NCBI RefSeq assembly: GCF_001194135.2
Contig: NC_068983.1
Span: forward strand, 66,196,672 to 66,260,671
Source of the DNA: Octopus bimaculoides
Lineage: Eukaryota
DNA: 64,000 nt
Reading direction: 5' to 3'
How positions within the stretch are numbered: the stretch's first letter is position 1; each line of letters opens with the position of its first letter. This document shows, piece by piece, positions 25,110 to 39,394 of this stretch. The position numbers and the translations under genes are program-made. Below the pieces are notes generated by a model that saw nothing but the letters and a program-made list of their open reading frames with translations, was not told where the DNA came from and did no database searches.

Positions 25110-26195
25110 ATATTCTAACACTCATTCTTTCATCAATCTTCCCTTGATACTGCTGCACCTCTTATATGTCCATAGCTTACACTGGGTACATCTGATGGAG
25201 TTTCTACCTATGCCTTTTCTACAGATCAGGCAGGGCCATCTACCTGAAGGGGTTTGTGTTTTGTCTACACTGTACTTGTTGCCAACCCTCACCTTACTGA
25301 CAGCATCCCTGTACATGGCTTGCACAGCTCTCACTAACCATTCATGTATCCCTAGTTTCCTATGATGCTGCTACACCAGTCATTTGGTATGACTCCTTCG
25401 TGTATCGCCTGGTTAACTATATGGCCGACACTGCCAGATATTTTGAGCATTTCTGCAGTGATTCTTGATGGGCTGGGGGCTTTCCCTGTCTTCAAACTCT
25501 TGATCACATTATCTACCAAGGTACTGTCAATTAGGATAGCTGGTCCCTCTGTTGAGTCGACATGCAGCAGACTCTCTTCCTCTCATTCATTCTCTTTATT
25601 AAGCAACCTTTCATAGTGGCGTCTCCAAACCTCTCTCTTTGCAGCCTTGTTTAGTGCAAGTGAGCCATCATCCATGCGGACACATTTCTCTCGTACATCA
25701 CAATTCTCTCTTACACACTGTCTTGCAACATGAAATACTTCAAGTCTTTGGTCCTCATGGTGCAGAATATTGGCAAATTTTTTCTTATCTTCTTCCCCTC
25801 TGGCTAGGTAAACCTGTCTCCAAGCTTTCTTTCTGGCAGTCTGATACAAGTCCCTGCTACCTCCGTTCTTCCAGTCCTTCCATGCCTGTTTCTTTTCCCT
25901 AATAGCCCTGTCAACCACATTGTTCCACCACCACTTTATTTTGGGTCGAGAGGAGACTTTGCACCAACCTCAGATCTGGTCGGTGGCTTTCAGCAGGTTG
26001 TCCCATAGAATCCTCCAGTTGTCTTCCACATCATGTGATGCTATATCCCCTTCTATTTCGTCAAACGCTTGAGTAAGACATCTCTAAATCTCTGTCCATT
26101 TGCAGGATCTTTAAGCTTCCAGACCTTTCTCCTCCAAGCTGGTCTATATCTGGGCATCCATTTAGCCTTGATCCCAAAGTTGCTAACTTCTAATC
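25110..26195 (-). mobile_element. RTE LINE internal fragment with two internal deletions
   Basis: WWNNVVDRAIREKKQAWKDWK.., STEGPA..KTGKAPSPSRITAEMLK..IPNDWCSSI joined to KLGIHEWLVRAVQAMY..GNKYS joined to DKTQTPSGRWPCLICRKG..; the FVDLEKA, QG and YADD blocks are missing. Confidence 0.88.
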
Positions 26196-26240
26196 TGTGT
26201 TGATATATATATATATATTTATATATATACATATATATAT

Positions 26241-26490
26241 CATCATCATCATCATTGTTTAACATCCACCTTTCATCCTGGCATAAGTGCGACAGTTTGA
26301 CAGGAACTCACCAGGCAGAAGACTACACCAAACTTCTGAGTCTGTTTTGGCATTATTTTCACAGCTGGATGCTCATCATAACACCAGCCACCCTTAACAG
26401 GGCTGCCAGTTTAGTCACAATCAGCTTGAGCTTGCAGCTGGTTGTATTGGATTACATGTTACCAGTAGTGCTTGCAAGCGACCTGACATA
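26241..26490 (-). mobile_element. RTE-type 3' tail fragment, degenerate
   Basis: (CAT)n + TTTAACATCCACCTTTCATCCTGGCAT..ACAGCTGGATGC. Confidence 0.75.
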
Positions 26491-27879
26491 AATATACATA
26501 CATACACACATACATACATACATACATAAATACATACATACATACACACACACATACATACATACATATACACACACATATGATGGCCCTGTGCATAATT
26601 TCTATTATCAAATTTTATTCACAAGCTTTTTGCTTAACCGAAGCTATAACAGACCAAGATACTACACAATGGACTGAATCCAGAATCCTGTTATTATAAA
26701 GCCCACTTCTTTACTTCCCAGCTATGCCTGCTTCCACACTTTATACACCTTGGCATGTTGTTTGCATATTCATACTATCTTAACATTCTATTGACTTGCA
26801 TAAAACTTACCTCTGTGTGCTAATTGCATGCTTACATTTACATCGGAAGTCTAATAAGATGATAACAATTACCTTAATATTCGGCAAGAAATTACTTTTA
26901 AATATGGATGATATAATCACCAACACATTAAAATATTCACCTTAGTAGCATGGAAAACAAGAGAACAGAAACTAATACATCTATTCAGTGTTTTAGATTA
27001 ACAAGTATAGGTTTCACATTGTGGAGTATAGAAAAGGAAGGTTGCTATTTTCTTTAACCTTTTACTTTCCTGTTATTAACAATTTTATTAACAATTGAAT
27101 TCTCAATTCTAAAGGTAGATTTGAATAAAGAATTCAGAAGTAAAATGGCAATGAAAGAATTACTAGATGTATTTAAACTAGATTCTAAAACACTGAATAA
27201 AGTGCTGAAAAGTACTTTGTTTTGTTTTTTTATTATTGTGTTAGCTTTATATTCTTGTAACCAATTTCACATCACAAAAATCTGTATTGAATTTAGATTC
27301 CATTATATGTTGTATCTTGTGAATGGTTTTCTAGCATCTTGTACATTATCACAACTATAAATGCAATGTTCTCAGACATTCTATTCCTTAAAAATGTCTA
27401 AAAATAAATAGATAAATGAATAAAAAGAGAAAGAAAATAATAAGAAAACTGAGGAGGTTGAAGGTTGTGGTTCTGATTTTTATTTTATCTTTTTATCTCT
27501 TTCACTGTATTTTCCTTTTTTACTATTGCACTAAAGAAAGACATTTTTTTGACAAGGCATAAAGTCCCGGCTTTTTGGGATGGGTATAATGGAATATTGT
27601 AAACTCTACACTTTTCTCAAGAGCATTGAAGGTTTAAGTGGGATGAAATGGGCTTACATTAGTGTTATGATGTCAGGACTTTGCTTCTTGCCTTTCAACA
27701 CTCACCATACCATGCAAAAATATTTTTGAATTATATAAATGAAATATTTTAATTTTGCATAACTTCCTCTCACCACTTTCTCCTCCTGCAACTACTAGAC
27801 AATATATTTCAGCACTAAAATATTTGCCAAATATTCTATGTTACAAAGTAGCATTTTCTCACTGATTGAGAAGCATCTA

Positions 27880-28065
27880 TGTAGTCACTTGACCTGCAAT
27901 AAACACCAGTCAAATCTCCACTTTATCACTCTACTGTCTTGGGAAATGCAAGGACACATTATTGATTTGATTCTAGATATTCTATTCCTGGAAAAAATTA
28001 ATGCGATGGTTATGGCTGGCATGCCTTTAATGACCATAGGTCTACTCAGTGAGGCTTGATCTAGT
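27880..28065 (+). mobile_element. Old interspersed repeat family, often with a (CAA)n tail
   Basis: Shared blocks GTCACT.GACCTGC..CAAATCT.. and GATGGT.ATGGCTGG.ATGC.TT recur at ~22440-22510, 36320-36600, 42295-42460 and (minus) 21150-21270. Confidence 0.5.
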
Positions 28066-28608
28066 ATGCTTTGCACATATTTTCTACCTTGAGTAAATGA
28101 TTTCAAGGAAAAAGATTGATGTGATTCACTCAAAAATCTGATTAATCTTCCCCAAAATTATTGGCCTTGTGCCAAAATTTGAAACCAATATTAGTAGAAG
28201 GATACTGTTAGGAAAGACCTGAAGCAGTTTTATTTTACGAGCGTTTCATGAACCAATGAAAAAATAACGTTATTGCTTGACCAGCTAGTAATGATAACTA
28301 AATTTCTTACAAATCTTATCCTTCCATATTTAAAAACTGAAGTAAACAGTGAATCATGTAGTCCTAGATTCATAGATATGATATATGGAAAGAAAAACCA
28401 AATACTATGAGTTAAAGCATCCAAAATATTGAAGATTAGAATGTTCTTGTTTATAAACTAACCTAATATGGGTGACTTGGGTTGAACAGCAACAACATCA
28501 ACATTCTTCCATTCAGACAAGACTGCAAATTGAACCATATTAATTTCACTTATGCCAATTAATTTCACTTGTCTCAGAAGATAGTCAAAGTCTATGAGTT
28601 GTGACATA

Positions 28609-29740
28609 CAAGGAAGTACCCAAAAGTAACCAGAAATGTTCTTTATGGGACGATCCACTTGTAGTTCAGATGTCCACCACTAGAAGCCACTTGATGCAAC
28701 CCTCAGGCATCAGTCTGCCAACCAGCAGCGTCGAGTGTAGTCATGCTGCTACATGGTGTGTTTTTGTTTTTGAAGTGCTTCTCTGTTCGTTAATTTTTGC
28801 GATGGTTGAAAAAAGATGGAACAGCATACTTCTATGATATTCTGTTTTCTGCTGGGGTAAACGGTGGCTTCAAAGAATGCTACCATGAGCAAAACACAAG
28901 TTTATGAGTGATTTTCATGCTTTAGGAATGATCACTTGTTGCTTGAAGACTTACTTCGTTCAGGGCAACTATCAACCTACCAAACAAATGAAAACATCAC
29001 GAAAGTTCATGAACTGATCTTGGAGGACCATCATTGAACAATTAATCAATTTATTGATATAACTGGTGTATCCTGGAGCTCCAGTCAACGGATTTTGAGC
29101 TAGGAATTGCAAATGAAAAGAGTTGCAGCAAAATTTGTGCCTTGCTTGCACACAAATAGTAATGACTGGATGTGTGTCATGAACTGAAGTTGATCCAGTT
29201 GGAAGTTGATCCAGACCTTTTTTCGAAGATCATCACTGGTGATGAAAGTTGGTGCTAAGACTACAACCCATAAATGAAACAGCGATGAAATCAATGGAAA
29301 TATTCAATGTCACCACACCAAATGAAGTCCAATGACAAGATGATGTTAATTTGTTTCATCTATGTGAAAGGAATTGTCCACACAGAATTTGCTCCTCCTG
29401 GTCAAAGAGTTAACCAGACATTTTACTCGCCAGTTCTGAAGTGTTTGTGTGATGCAGTGAGACAAAAATGCCCTGACATGTGGAAAAGTGGAGAGTTGTG
29501 GTTTCCTCGCAACAATGCGCCAGCACACACTGCCTTGTGTGTGAGAAAAAAAACAATGGAAGCATTAAAAGGCATCACTTCACAAGAGTTCCAGAACCGC
29601 TTCAAACAGTGGAAAATATGTCTGGATCAATGCATTGCTTCAGATGGAGAATACTTTGACAGCAATAAAAGTGTAAACATGTAAAAGTGAGTGAATAAAA
29701 TAATAATGCAAAATTCCGGTTTCTTTTGGGTACCCCCTTG
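28609..29740 (+). mobile_element. Mariner (Tc1/mariner) element, degenerate, internally deleted
   Basis: TIRs CAAGGAAGTACCCAAAAGTAACC / GGTTTCTTTTGGGTACCCCCTTG flanked by TA (28607-28608, 29741-29742); MSKTQVYE, MKRVAAKFVP, IITGDESW, IVHTEFAPPGQRVNQTFY, NAPAHTA joined directly to EALKGITSQEFQN..W..C..SDGEYF (YSPDLAP block absent). Confidence 0.92.
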
Positions 29741-30740
29741 TACCTTCCCTTGCAAAATAAAGACAATAATACAAACATTTTTCATTAAATGTTTATATTC
29801 CTCGTTATCATTTGAGATTTTCAAAATACAGCATGGTTGGATGCTATGTTGATGTATTTTAACCATTTTCTGACTATATTTCCAATTAAATACTCTGTCC
29901 ATCTGTGTTGATTAAATTTTTTAAACAATCAAGAATTGATAAGCAGTTTAGTGAAACAACTAATTTCTCTAATATTAATCTGGTGTTTGAATCATCATCA
30001 TCATTTTAATGTCCACTTTTACTACATGTATGATTCAGACAAAGTTGATTGAGGCAATTTTTTTACAGCCGGGTGCCCTACCTGTTGACAACCCCATTGG
30101 TTTCCAAGCAAGGTAATATTTACCCATGGCTAGATGTGTTTTCATAGAATACTGGAAATGTAAAGCATTGTGTGACAGTTACATCCATTTACAACTATCA
30201 TGCCATGTCAAACAAGGAGACAACCATACACTTCTTAACCACACAGTCATACTTGTGCCAATCAGGAAATTTGTATCATGGAACCAAAGGTTGTCTCCGG
30301 GGAATTAGTAACCTTAAGCTTACAAGACATTCTAGAAATACATTCAACTAGTAATGGTTATTTTCTTTATAGATATATGTTAGTGCTTGTGTCAGATGAG
30401 GTATCCCAGATACGGGAGTAACATATCTAATTAAGTTATTCTGTCAGTTGTATTTTCAACTGAGGTTTTACAATAATAAACATAGCAACAACTGAAGTCA
30501 ACTCACACAACAGACTAAATTCAACTTGCGTTTCTATTTTTTAATTGGAGTCATTTACACACATTTCAACCAGCAGTGTCTTCAGGTATCAAATGTGTTA
30601 CAGTAATAGTTAAAGAAATGTTACTATAGTAATTAGGTTACAAATTCGAACCTTGCTCTTATGATGTGTCTCTGAACAAAGTACTTAAATCTGACTAAAG
30701 AAATAAGTTTATCTTCAATATCACAATGAAGGGTTTCATG

Positions 30741-30957
30741 AAGATGGCAAGCTAGCAAAAACGTTAGCACGCTGGGCAAAATGCTTAGCGGAATATCGTC
30801 TGTCTTTACGTTCTGAGTTCAAATTCCGCTAAGGTCAACTTTGCCTTTCATCCACTCAGGGTCAATAAATTAAGTACCAGTTGTGTACCAGAGTCGATCT
30901 AATCAACTGGCCCCTTCCCCCAAAATTTCAGGCCTTGTACCTAGAGTAGAAAAGAAT
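30741..30957 (+). mobile_element. tRNA-derived SINE, Meta/Sauria-like family, full length
   Basis: Head with B-box GAGTTCAAATTCC; central GCCTTTCATCCACTCAGGGTCAATAAATTAAGTACCAG; tail GGCCTTGTACCTAGAGTAGAAAAGAAT. The family name is recalled, not searched. Confidence 0.85.
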
Positions 30958-33900
30958 CAAGGGGTACATGATGGATGGTAAAATTATGTACTATGAAACT
31001 AAATACACCAATAACAACAAAAGTATTCTACTGATGATGGTATAATCAAATGAATTTAAAATAAGATGGGAAAGAAAATTTCTGAGGTTAAAATTCAATG
31101 CATAAACATTTATTGCATCTCACTTAAGACGATGAAATATGAGATAAAGTGTCAAAACCTGTGCAAATATATAAAACTTCAATGTTCTACTGCAGTAAAA
31201 ATGAGTTTTAATAACCTAATTAATCTTTAGTACTCAAGTAATATCTCATCATCGGAATATGCAAATGTAATTGAAGTTACATTCATTATCAATCTTGTTC
31301 TATTGAGAAGCATGCAGTTGGGAGAACTCATTATAGGGGAAAAAATAATGGAACGACAAACCAGAGCAAAATTAATGGTAATGTTAATTCTTGATGAAAG
31401 GATGAAGACAAAATACTGTCTATTTGTATGTGTGTTGCATGTTTTTTATACACCCATTTAATTAATGCCTAATTACCTTTAATACCATTTTCATAGACAT
31501 ACTTTGCAGTAAGAGCTTTATCATATGTCTACAGAGATAGCATTAAAGATATTCAATCAATAATATATCCATGAACACGCACTTACACATGTTAAATGTC
31601 TTAGTTCTCTGCTTTGCCAGAAGAGATACATTGAAATAGTGTACAAACACTTTGATATGTATGCCATTACTAATTCTCATAGTTTTATTTATTCTAATTA
31701 TTTAAATGTTAAAAAAAGAACTAATTAAAAGCAGACACTACACTGTATAGATTTATGCAATAAATGAAGCATCAAATTTATAATGGCAAAACACTTTACT
31801 ACAAATTTACTTTAATCTAAATATCCAATAAATCAGCCATATGATATAGTTGAAAATATTTTATACATAACTTTACCTAGTAAGTGTCTCATGTTTCTAA
31901 CATTTACAAGTTTTTATTTCTGTCTATATTACTTGGTCAATGGTATACTTCACCACTGGGTAAAGAAAAGCATATTTAAAACATCTTTTGTTATATCTCA
32001 AAATTTTTCTGAGCATCGTGAACATGCTGGATATTTACAACATGGCTTTTATTTGTATGTATAATTTCTTCCTCTCTAAATTTAGTTTCACTACTATGTA
32101 AGTTAGAATTATGAATGTCTGTGTCAGCTAAGTAAAATTAACATCTTTTCTTTCACTACATTAAATAAGGATGGTCATATGAATTAGAAGTTCAACTGCA
32201 TGGTTCGGGGGACAATTCCACTGTCATTGCCCTGGGTACAATTCCACTGTCATGTTTTCAAGGGTCAGATGCAAGTAGGGACAGACTTTTGGCAGAAATA
32301 TTTCAGATAGAAAGTGTGTGTGGTAGTCCATTCTGCATGTACATACATGTGTCTGCACCAATCTCCAGTATCTGCATTAGCATGGTTTCTACAGCTGGAT
32401 GCCCTTCCTAATGCCAGTTTTATAGAGTGTACTGGATGCTTTTTACATGACACTGGCATAAGTGAAGTCAACAAATAATTTGCAAGACAAGATCTCTCAA
32501 CTGAGTGAGTGTGTAGTATAGAGGGAGGTGCTTTATGCCAGGTGATGAAAGGTTAATGTATAACAAAGGGACAGAAACAGGTGTTTGTAGTGGAGGAGAT
32601 GTACTTGCCTATCTCAGTTGGTAAAGGGGTGAAGGTGGTGAAGAAATGGCAGAGCATAACCTTAAGTTACAGGAAGTTATAAGAGAAGCAATCCAGAGGC
32701 TCGAGGTAAGTTCGTGAGAATCTGAAAGAAGAGAAACAGATGGATGCAGATGGGGATAGAGGTGAATGCAATGAATTGTGAACATGAATAGAGGTGTGGT
32801 ATTTGGTGAATACCAGTTTGAAGCAGGAAATTTGGAGGAAATAGGATTGGCGTAGGATGCAGCACAGATGTGGGCAGTGTATGAGAGATGCACAGTGCCA
32901 GGGACAAGTTCAGAGGTGAATTAGTGGGAGAAAAACACTGATAGAATGAATGGGTTTAAAAGGAAAGATTAGTGAGTAAAGGGACATTCAGAAGCAAAGT
33001 AAGCAGCTGTAGGGAGGATGAGCATGAGAGCAAAGAGGTTTGAGATCCTACATACATACATACATAAATACATGAATGTATGTATATGTGTATATGTATA
33101 GATAGAGAGAGACAAAAACTAGACTGTTTATCCCTATATATTGTGAAAATTCTCTCATATCATCGATAACACCAGTTGATCTCTGGATTTCCTAATTCCT
33201 AAAGAGGAAATTACATCCTCAAATTGACTGAATATATATATGTACACACATGTATATGTGTCTGTATGTGTAACCTTCACTCAATCCCCTGTTTTGACAA
33301 GTATGTCCTTTTATAAACTCAAACTATCTTGACATCAACATAAAAACATTCTGCTTTGCTAGCTCGCAAACCCACTACCATTTTCTGCAATGGAAACTTC
33401 CTTTGCCATCATTTTATCTCTAGCTATGAAAGCTTCATACCCAGTCATATGTGCCAGACTTAAATGTTTGTTCTGACAATCAGTGATAGTCTTGGTAGTG
33501 TTCTAGTTAGAGATGTAACACTGTAATCATACCTAAAGCACAAATCTTTGAATTCAGGCACTTTTCTAAAATTTAAGAGTGCTGCGGGACTCTCCTCCTT
33601 CTACAACCTCTCTATAAACATTCTTAGCAAAACATCACAATGTTAGTACCCTTATATAGATATGTGGCCCCGCAGCCATAGTGGAGGCAACCAAGCTTGA
33701 AAGTTAGATTCTCTGACAACTCTCCATGTGAGCAGTAACACTGAATAAAATTCTACATGGGAAAGACATCAACTTTGCAAGTCACAGAGACATGTTATTG
33801 AATAAAAGTTTGTGCAGGAGAGATATGAGCTCTGCAAGCTGCAGTGAAAGCAACTCATTTAAGAGGAAAACATCTGAGAATGGATTTGGTGGAGAGCAGA

Positions 33901-34199
33901 GAGAACTCTTCAATCCTTTTAGACAGCGTCATTTACACCAGCAGAATGATAAAATGCATTCACTTTATGTTGTAAGTGGTTTGTGATATAAAGGGTATCC
34001 AATGTGTGAAACTATGGCAACATTATGACATAGATAGATAACTTTAATTGCATACACAAGATTAATACTCACTATGGTATTGCTGTGTAGGATAGTGAGT
34101 TGACTGACTTCAAACAACTGTTCCCAACTGATATATTTTTCAGTCACCAAAATTAGGTATCAAGCAAACTAAACACCACTGGAAACTCTTCTCTTTATG

Positions 34200-34920
34200 T
34201 GAGGTACAACATTTCAAGATTGAATCTGCCTATGCCAGTATGGTGGAGAGTATATTTGAATAAACTATTGAGATGCCAGAGCAATGATGGATAGATGAAT
34301 GCTGTGAATATGCAGTAAGATGGAGTGTAACATCAGACAAATACTTTATGGACAAGGAACACAAGTAAACATTCTACTGGGTGGGCAACAGTAGTGGAAT
34401 TGGTAGAGTAGACATTGCATTGTCAGAGAAATAAATGAATAGAGTAATTGAGGTGGCCAGAGTATATGACAGAAAAAGATTCAATCAGCCATAGACAATA
34501 TGACAGAAACAGTTATCTCAATGTATGCACCATGACAAGACAAGTGAGCAGAGCAATCACGTCTATGAAGTTCTCTTACAAACAACATTGGTAAGAGATG
34601 ACAGTAACCTCTTTATGATGGCTTGTGACTTTAATGGGTAAGTTGGAAAACACCATGAGAGTTATTCCAGTGCACATGGAAGCTATGGTTATGGTACATG
34701 GAATGAATGGTGATCAGTGATCTTGAGCTTTGTGAAACAAACGACTCAGATGGGCACACAAGGCAGACTTCATACTCACTGGGAAAGAGAATAGACAGTA
34801 TGTTGTGAATAATAAGCCTTTCTCTTGTGAAGAATTTACTACTCAATATTGGTGACCCCAGAGTCAGAATTAGCTAGAGCCAGAAACACAAGACAATCTG
34901 GCTGAACAAGAAGGATTTCA
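34200..34920 (+). mobile_element. RTE LINE apurinic-endonuclease domain relic
   Basis: GQGTQ..FYWVGNSSGIG, RVIEVARVYDR, ISMYAP, MACDFNG*VG, AHGSYGYG..NE. Confidence 0.8.
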
Positions 34921-37879
34921 TAAACAGCAAAATTTAGCATTAAAGGCTCTCTAGAAACGAATTCTTTCAAATGTTAAGTAGTACATAGCTCTTGTTATGT
35001 AAGTAATCTAAGAAACAGAGGAGAAGGATGTTCCAAAAACATGTAATTTAGTGGTAGAACTAAGAAAACAGTTCATGTGTTCAACTTCTTTTAGGAACAA
35101 ATTTTCTCAAAGGATTTCATCATTCACCTATTAACCAATGTAACTAATCTGTGGGCAAGAAACTTCACAGGCTTTTTCTCCATTCCTTAGCATAAGTCAT
35201 GAATATGAATAAATTTTGGTGTGTGTGAACGGGTGTCGTTTTTGATGGCACAGTCTCACCAGTGATTTAATAAATGACAAGTTAATAGAGAAATTTTTAC
35301 TGTTTTTAACTTCAACAAAATATTAAAACTGTTTATATAAAACTTTCTCTCGCATTTAATTTTCTTTGGATCCAATGCTTCAAAGTATTTTCAATAAATA
35401 TTTAATTATTTTTGATATACAAGTCAGTATCAACTATATGAAGTGCATGTTATATTAACGCATTCATTAACCACCACTTCTGGTTTATTTCTTTTAAAAT
35501 GCCATCTTATTTTCTTACATGGGTTCTCTAGTATATGCATATATAGCATGGAGATTGAACATAAAGGTGAAAGTGATTTTAAAAATAAAACATTGTATTC
35601 CAGGGAAAAGTAATGCTGAAAAATGTTGAAAAAATATTTCAGAATTTTTTAAACAAATTTACTCTTCGTGAAGTAAGTAATTAACTTTCAAAATGTACTG
35701 AACATATCATGATATGTGACAAAGTCTGTTAAATCTAACTACTGAAAGATATAAAATCAAATGTGGCAAGAATATCACCAATGACAGTGTACAAACATAG
35801 GAGTTTAAAAATAAAAAAATACAAATTATTCAAAATTTAAAAAAACTGAACCAAGTAAAAATACAAAATATGTGAATTTATCTGTATAGACAGAAATGAT
35901 ACACTATGGACTGATATGTCAAGAATAATTTATTGTTTATTAGATTTGAATATATTTCGATGGTCGGAAGCGTAGTTGTGTACTTAAGAAGCTCGTTTCA
36001 TGAACTTCTGGTTCACAGTTTGATCCCATCATGTGACATATATATCAAGTGTCTTCAGTTACAACCTTGGGTTGATTGATATGTTGTAAGTGAAATTTAG
36101 AAGACAGAACTGTGAAAACCCATTACATATTTGTGTGTGTCTGTATATGCATGTGTAAATCTTAGTTATGTACATTAATGAAAAACACGATGTAAATATC
36201 TGAAAACTAATAAACCATTTCTTTTGAATGAAAAATCATTTATTTATTATTTGTTCCACCCAGATAGCTCAGATGATCCCTTATTAATCTTATCATCATG
36301 AATACTATGAAGCAGTATCTTTAAAAATAGGATGGTTAAGACAGATATGGTGCTTGATCATAGATCTATTCAGTCTAGGCTGAACTGAGGCTAAACAAAA
36401 ACAACAAAATTATCAAAAACAGATGACCAATAAAGGGAATCCTTATCTAGTCAATCAACCTGCTTGAAATAGCCATTAAATATAGCTCTCAAATCATGTC
36501 TTACTATCTTGAAAAAAAGACAGAGACATTGGAAATTAACATCTCAAACACTATTTTTCTATCAAAACTGAAATAAGGATAAACAACAGTAATAGCTAAA
36601 ACAAACATTATCAACACTACCAGTAACAGTAAGAACTTAGGTTATATAGAATGGAAAGTGAAACAGCAAATTATTAAATTAATTCCCAATAGTAAGTTAT
36701 TATTTTTTTTTTTAGGACTACCACTACATTAACTAACACTCTGGGAAGGATGAAAAGTTTTAGTAAGAGTTTTATGTTTATCACAAGTATATCAGAGAAG
36801 TAAGATTTATGAACATGCACCTGACTTTACATCTTTGACAGGCTGAATTACAGGTTTTTTCATAAATATTACATGGTGTTTAGATATGAACAAAACAGTT
36901 TAGCAAAGACATTTATATAACCTGTCAAGGAAACTTGCACATTGGCAATTATAATAGTACACTGACTTCATACAGTTACACAAACATGCTACCTTCACAC
37001 TGTTATACTTCAACACTGATACATTCATAAAATTAGATTTCTCTCACACATTTTTACATTTTTTAAAATTTCATTTACATGTTGGCTTATCTGGAAATTG
37101 GGTTTATGTGCATGGCTATTGTAGGTTGTTCTATGAGACTGACATAACTAATGTTCCTCTTGGACAGCTGTGTACCAATTGCTGTGGAAAAAAATTATTA
37201 TATTGTCACATTGTTGCACTATTGTACAGCCATTCAGTCACACTCACTTCACATTATAATACAACCACACAGTGAAATACTTATACACAACAATGGGCCA
37301 CCTTTACTGTCTTCATGCTGTGACATGCCATACTACCACACACTCACATTATTCTCATACAATCACTCATTCATTACAATGTTATTCTGTTAGACTCTCA
37401 CACAGCTACATTTTGCAATGTTACACTCTCCATATACAAGCATGCTGCTAGACAAACTTACTCTACAGCATTAAACATTTCTCATCCTGAGAGACTCTCA
37501 TTACCAGTTTTCACATTTCCTATATTTTTAGACAATCAGGACTTTATAATATATGAGTTCCTTAGTCTTCCAAACCATCAGGTAACCAGATTCCTAGACC
37601 ATCAGATACCCAAATGAAAAGGATCTCAGACTGCAATATTTTCAGGGTTCAAACACTTCCAAAAAATTCTAGTAGGCATTCACACTTCTTTCCTTCAAAT
37701 CAAGTGTCAACTGCAGTGAGGTTCCCACTTAATGCACACTTTCTTATATCAAAACTCTTCCACCACTTCTGTAATGCAATATCACCATAGTTGTGCAGCA
37801 AGCTAACTCATTATGATTTATCATTCAATATAAATCAATTTATTTACTTGTTGGTGATTTGTGTCAATTGTTACAGTTG

Positions 37880-38130
37880 ATTTTCTATTGCATGGATTGC
37901 ATTCGATACTGGCTTCCCTTCCATAAACATCTTCATCCATTTGTGGACATTGATCTTGATGGTGATGTCATCTCCATAGGCAACCTGTCACCTTTTGGAT
38001 GTCAGACAATTTGTAACTCTCCTTCGTTTGCTTGAAACCCATTATTTGCTTGCATGGAAGAAAAACAGAAAGAAGAGTTACTCTGCCAACATGTGCAATT
38101 TGAACAACCTGAGTCAGTTAATAAAAAAGT
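37880..38130 (-). mobile_element. Possible degenerate LINE endonuclease fragment
   Basis: VTLLSVFLP..KESYKL..GDD pattern loosely resembles the APE xSxYAP..FY..L..GDxN motif. Confidence 0.35.
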
Positions 38131-38276
38131 CACGCCCACTTTTACATTACGTTTAGAGCAATGCTTATAAATAGATATTTGTATGTATGAATGTATATAT
38201 GTATGTATGTATGTATATACATACATATACTTACATACATCTAGATAGATAGACAGATAGATAAATAGATAGATAA

Positions 38277-38320
<44 letters not shown>

Positions 38321-38709
38321 CAAAGCTATTTTATCCCACGTGACTAGAAATATAGAAGACGTAATTTGAAAACGCAATAGGAGTCTTTTAGAGGGTTCGT
38401 TTTTAAAGACTTAACCAATTTCACTGACTTTTCTGATTTTCAAAAGTTGAGACAGAAAGACTTGGGCCTATGCTACAATTGTCTTGCTTCTGACTGGATT
38501 TCAAAATTACTCATGTTTTCATAGAGAGAACATGACTCAAATTAATATCGATTTAGGATACAATATGATTGGCAGAGGTTGCCCATGTGATTAGGTTTAG
38601 AAGGTTTTGTAAGTTCTCTACTATGTCAGTGTGTTAATGTCATATATAGATATAAAACATGTGTTTGTGTGTATGCATATACATACATACATACATGCAT
38701 GCATACATA

Positions 38710-38751
<42 letters not shown>

Positions 38752-38767
38752 TGCACACACACACATG

Positions 38768-39380
38768 TCATCATCATCATCATCATCACTTAACAACCAT
38801 TTATCATGCTGGCATGAGTTGGATGGTTTGACAGAAGCTAGCAGCTGAAGACCTGCTCAGGCTTCATGTCTGTTTTGGCATTGTTTCTACAGCTGGATAC
38901 CCCTCCAAATGCCAACCACTTTACAGAATGTACTGGGTGCATTTATGCTCCACCAGCACAGGTGCATTTATGTGGCACCAGTACAGGTGCTTTTTACGTG
39001 ACACCAGCACCCATGAGCCTGCAAGATTAGGAATGTTCAGCTGGAAAGGGATGTGGGGGACAAGCTTGTATGCAAAGACAATCATGCTTTTACTTAGCTG
39101 GACATGTTTTCTCAAGCACAGCAAACCACCAAGAGTCTTGGTCACTTGTCATACCCTCCATGAGTCCCATTATCTGTAGATCCTTTCTCACTACTTCATC
39201 CCACATTTTCCTGGGTCTATCGCAATCACATGTTCACTTCACAATTAGAATTGGCACCTCTTGATGCGACTGTCTTCATTCATATGCATTACATGACTGT
39301 ACCAGTACAGTCTTTTCTCTTGCACAATACATCTGATGCCTTGTATACCCAGTTTTTCTCTCAAATCACTTACACTCTGT
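38768..39380 (-). mobile_element. 5'-truncated RTE LINE 3' end, degenerate
   Basis: (CAT)n tail, CAGCTGGATACCCCTCCAAATGCCAACCAC, and ORF-end remnants (LREKLGI.., YSHVMHMNEDS.., RPRKMWDEVV). Confidence 0.8.
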
Positions 39381-39394
39381 TATATATGTATATA

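Noticed and set aside
27890-27987. Candidate minus-strand exon with a strong acceptor
   Set aside because: Falls inside the old interspersed repeat family at 27880-28065.
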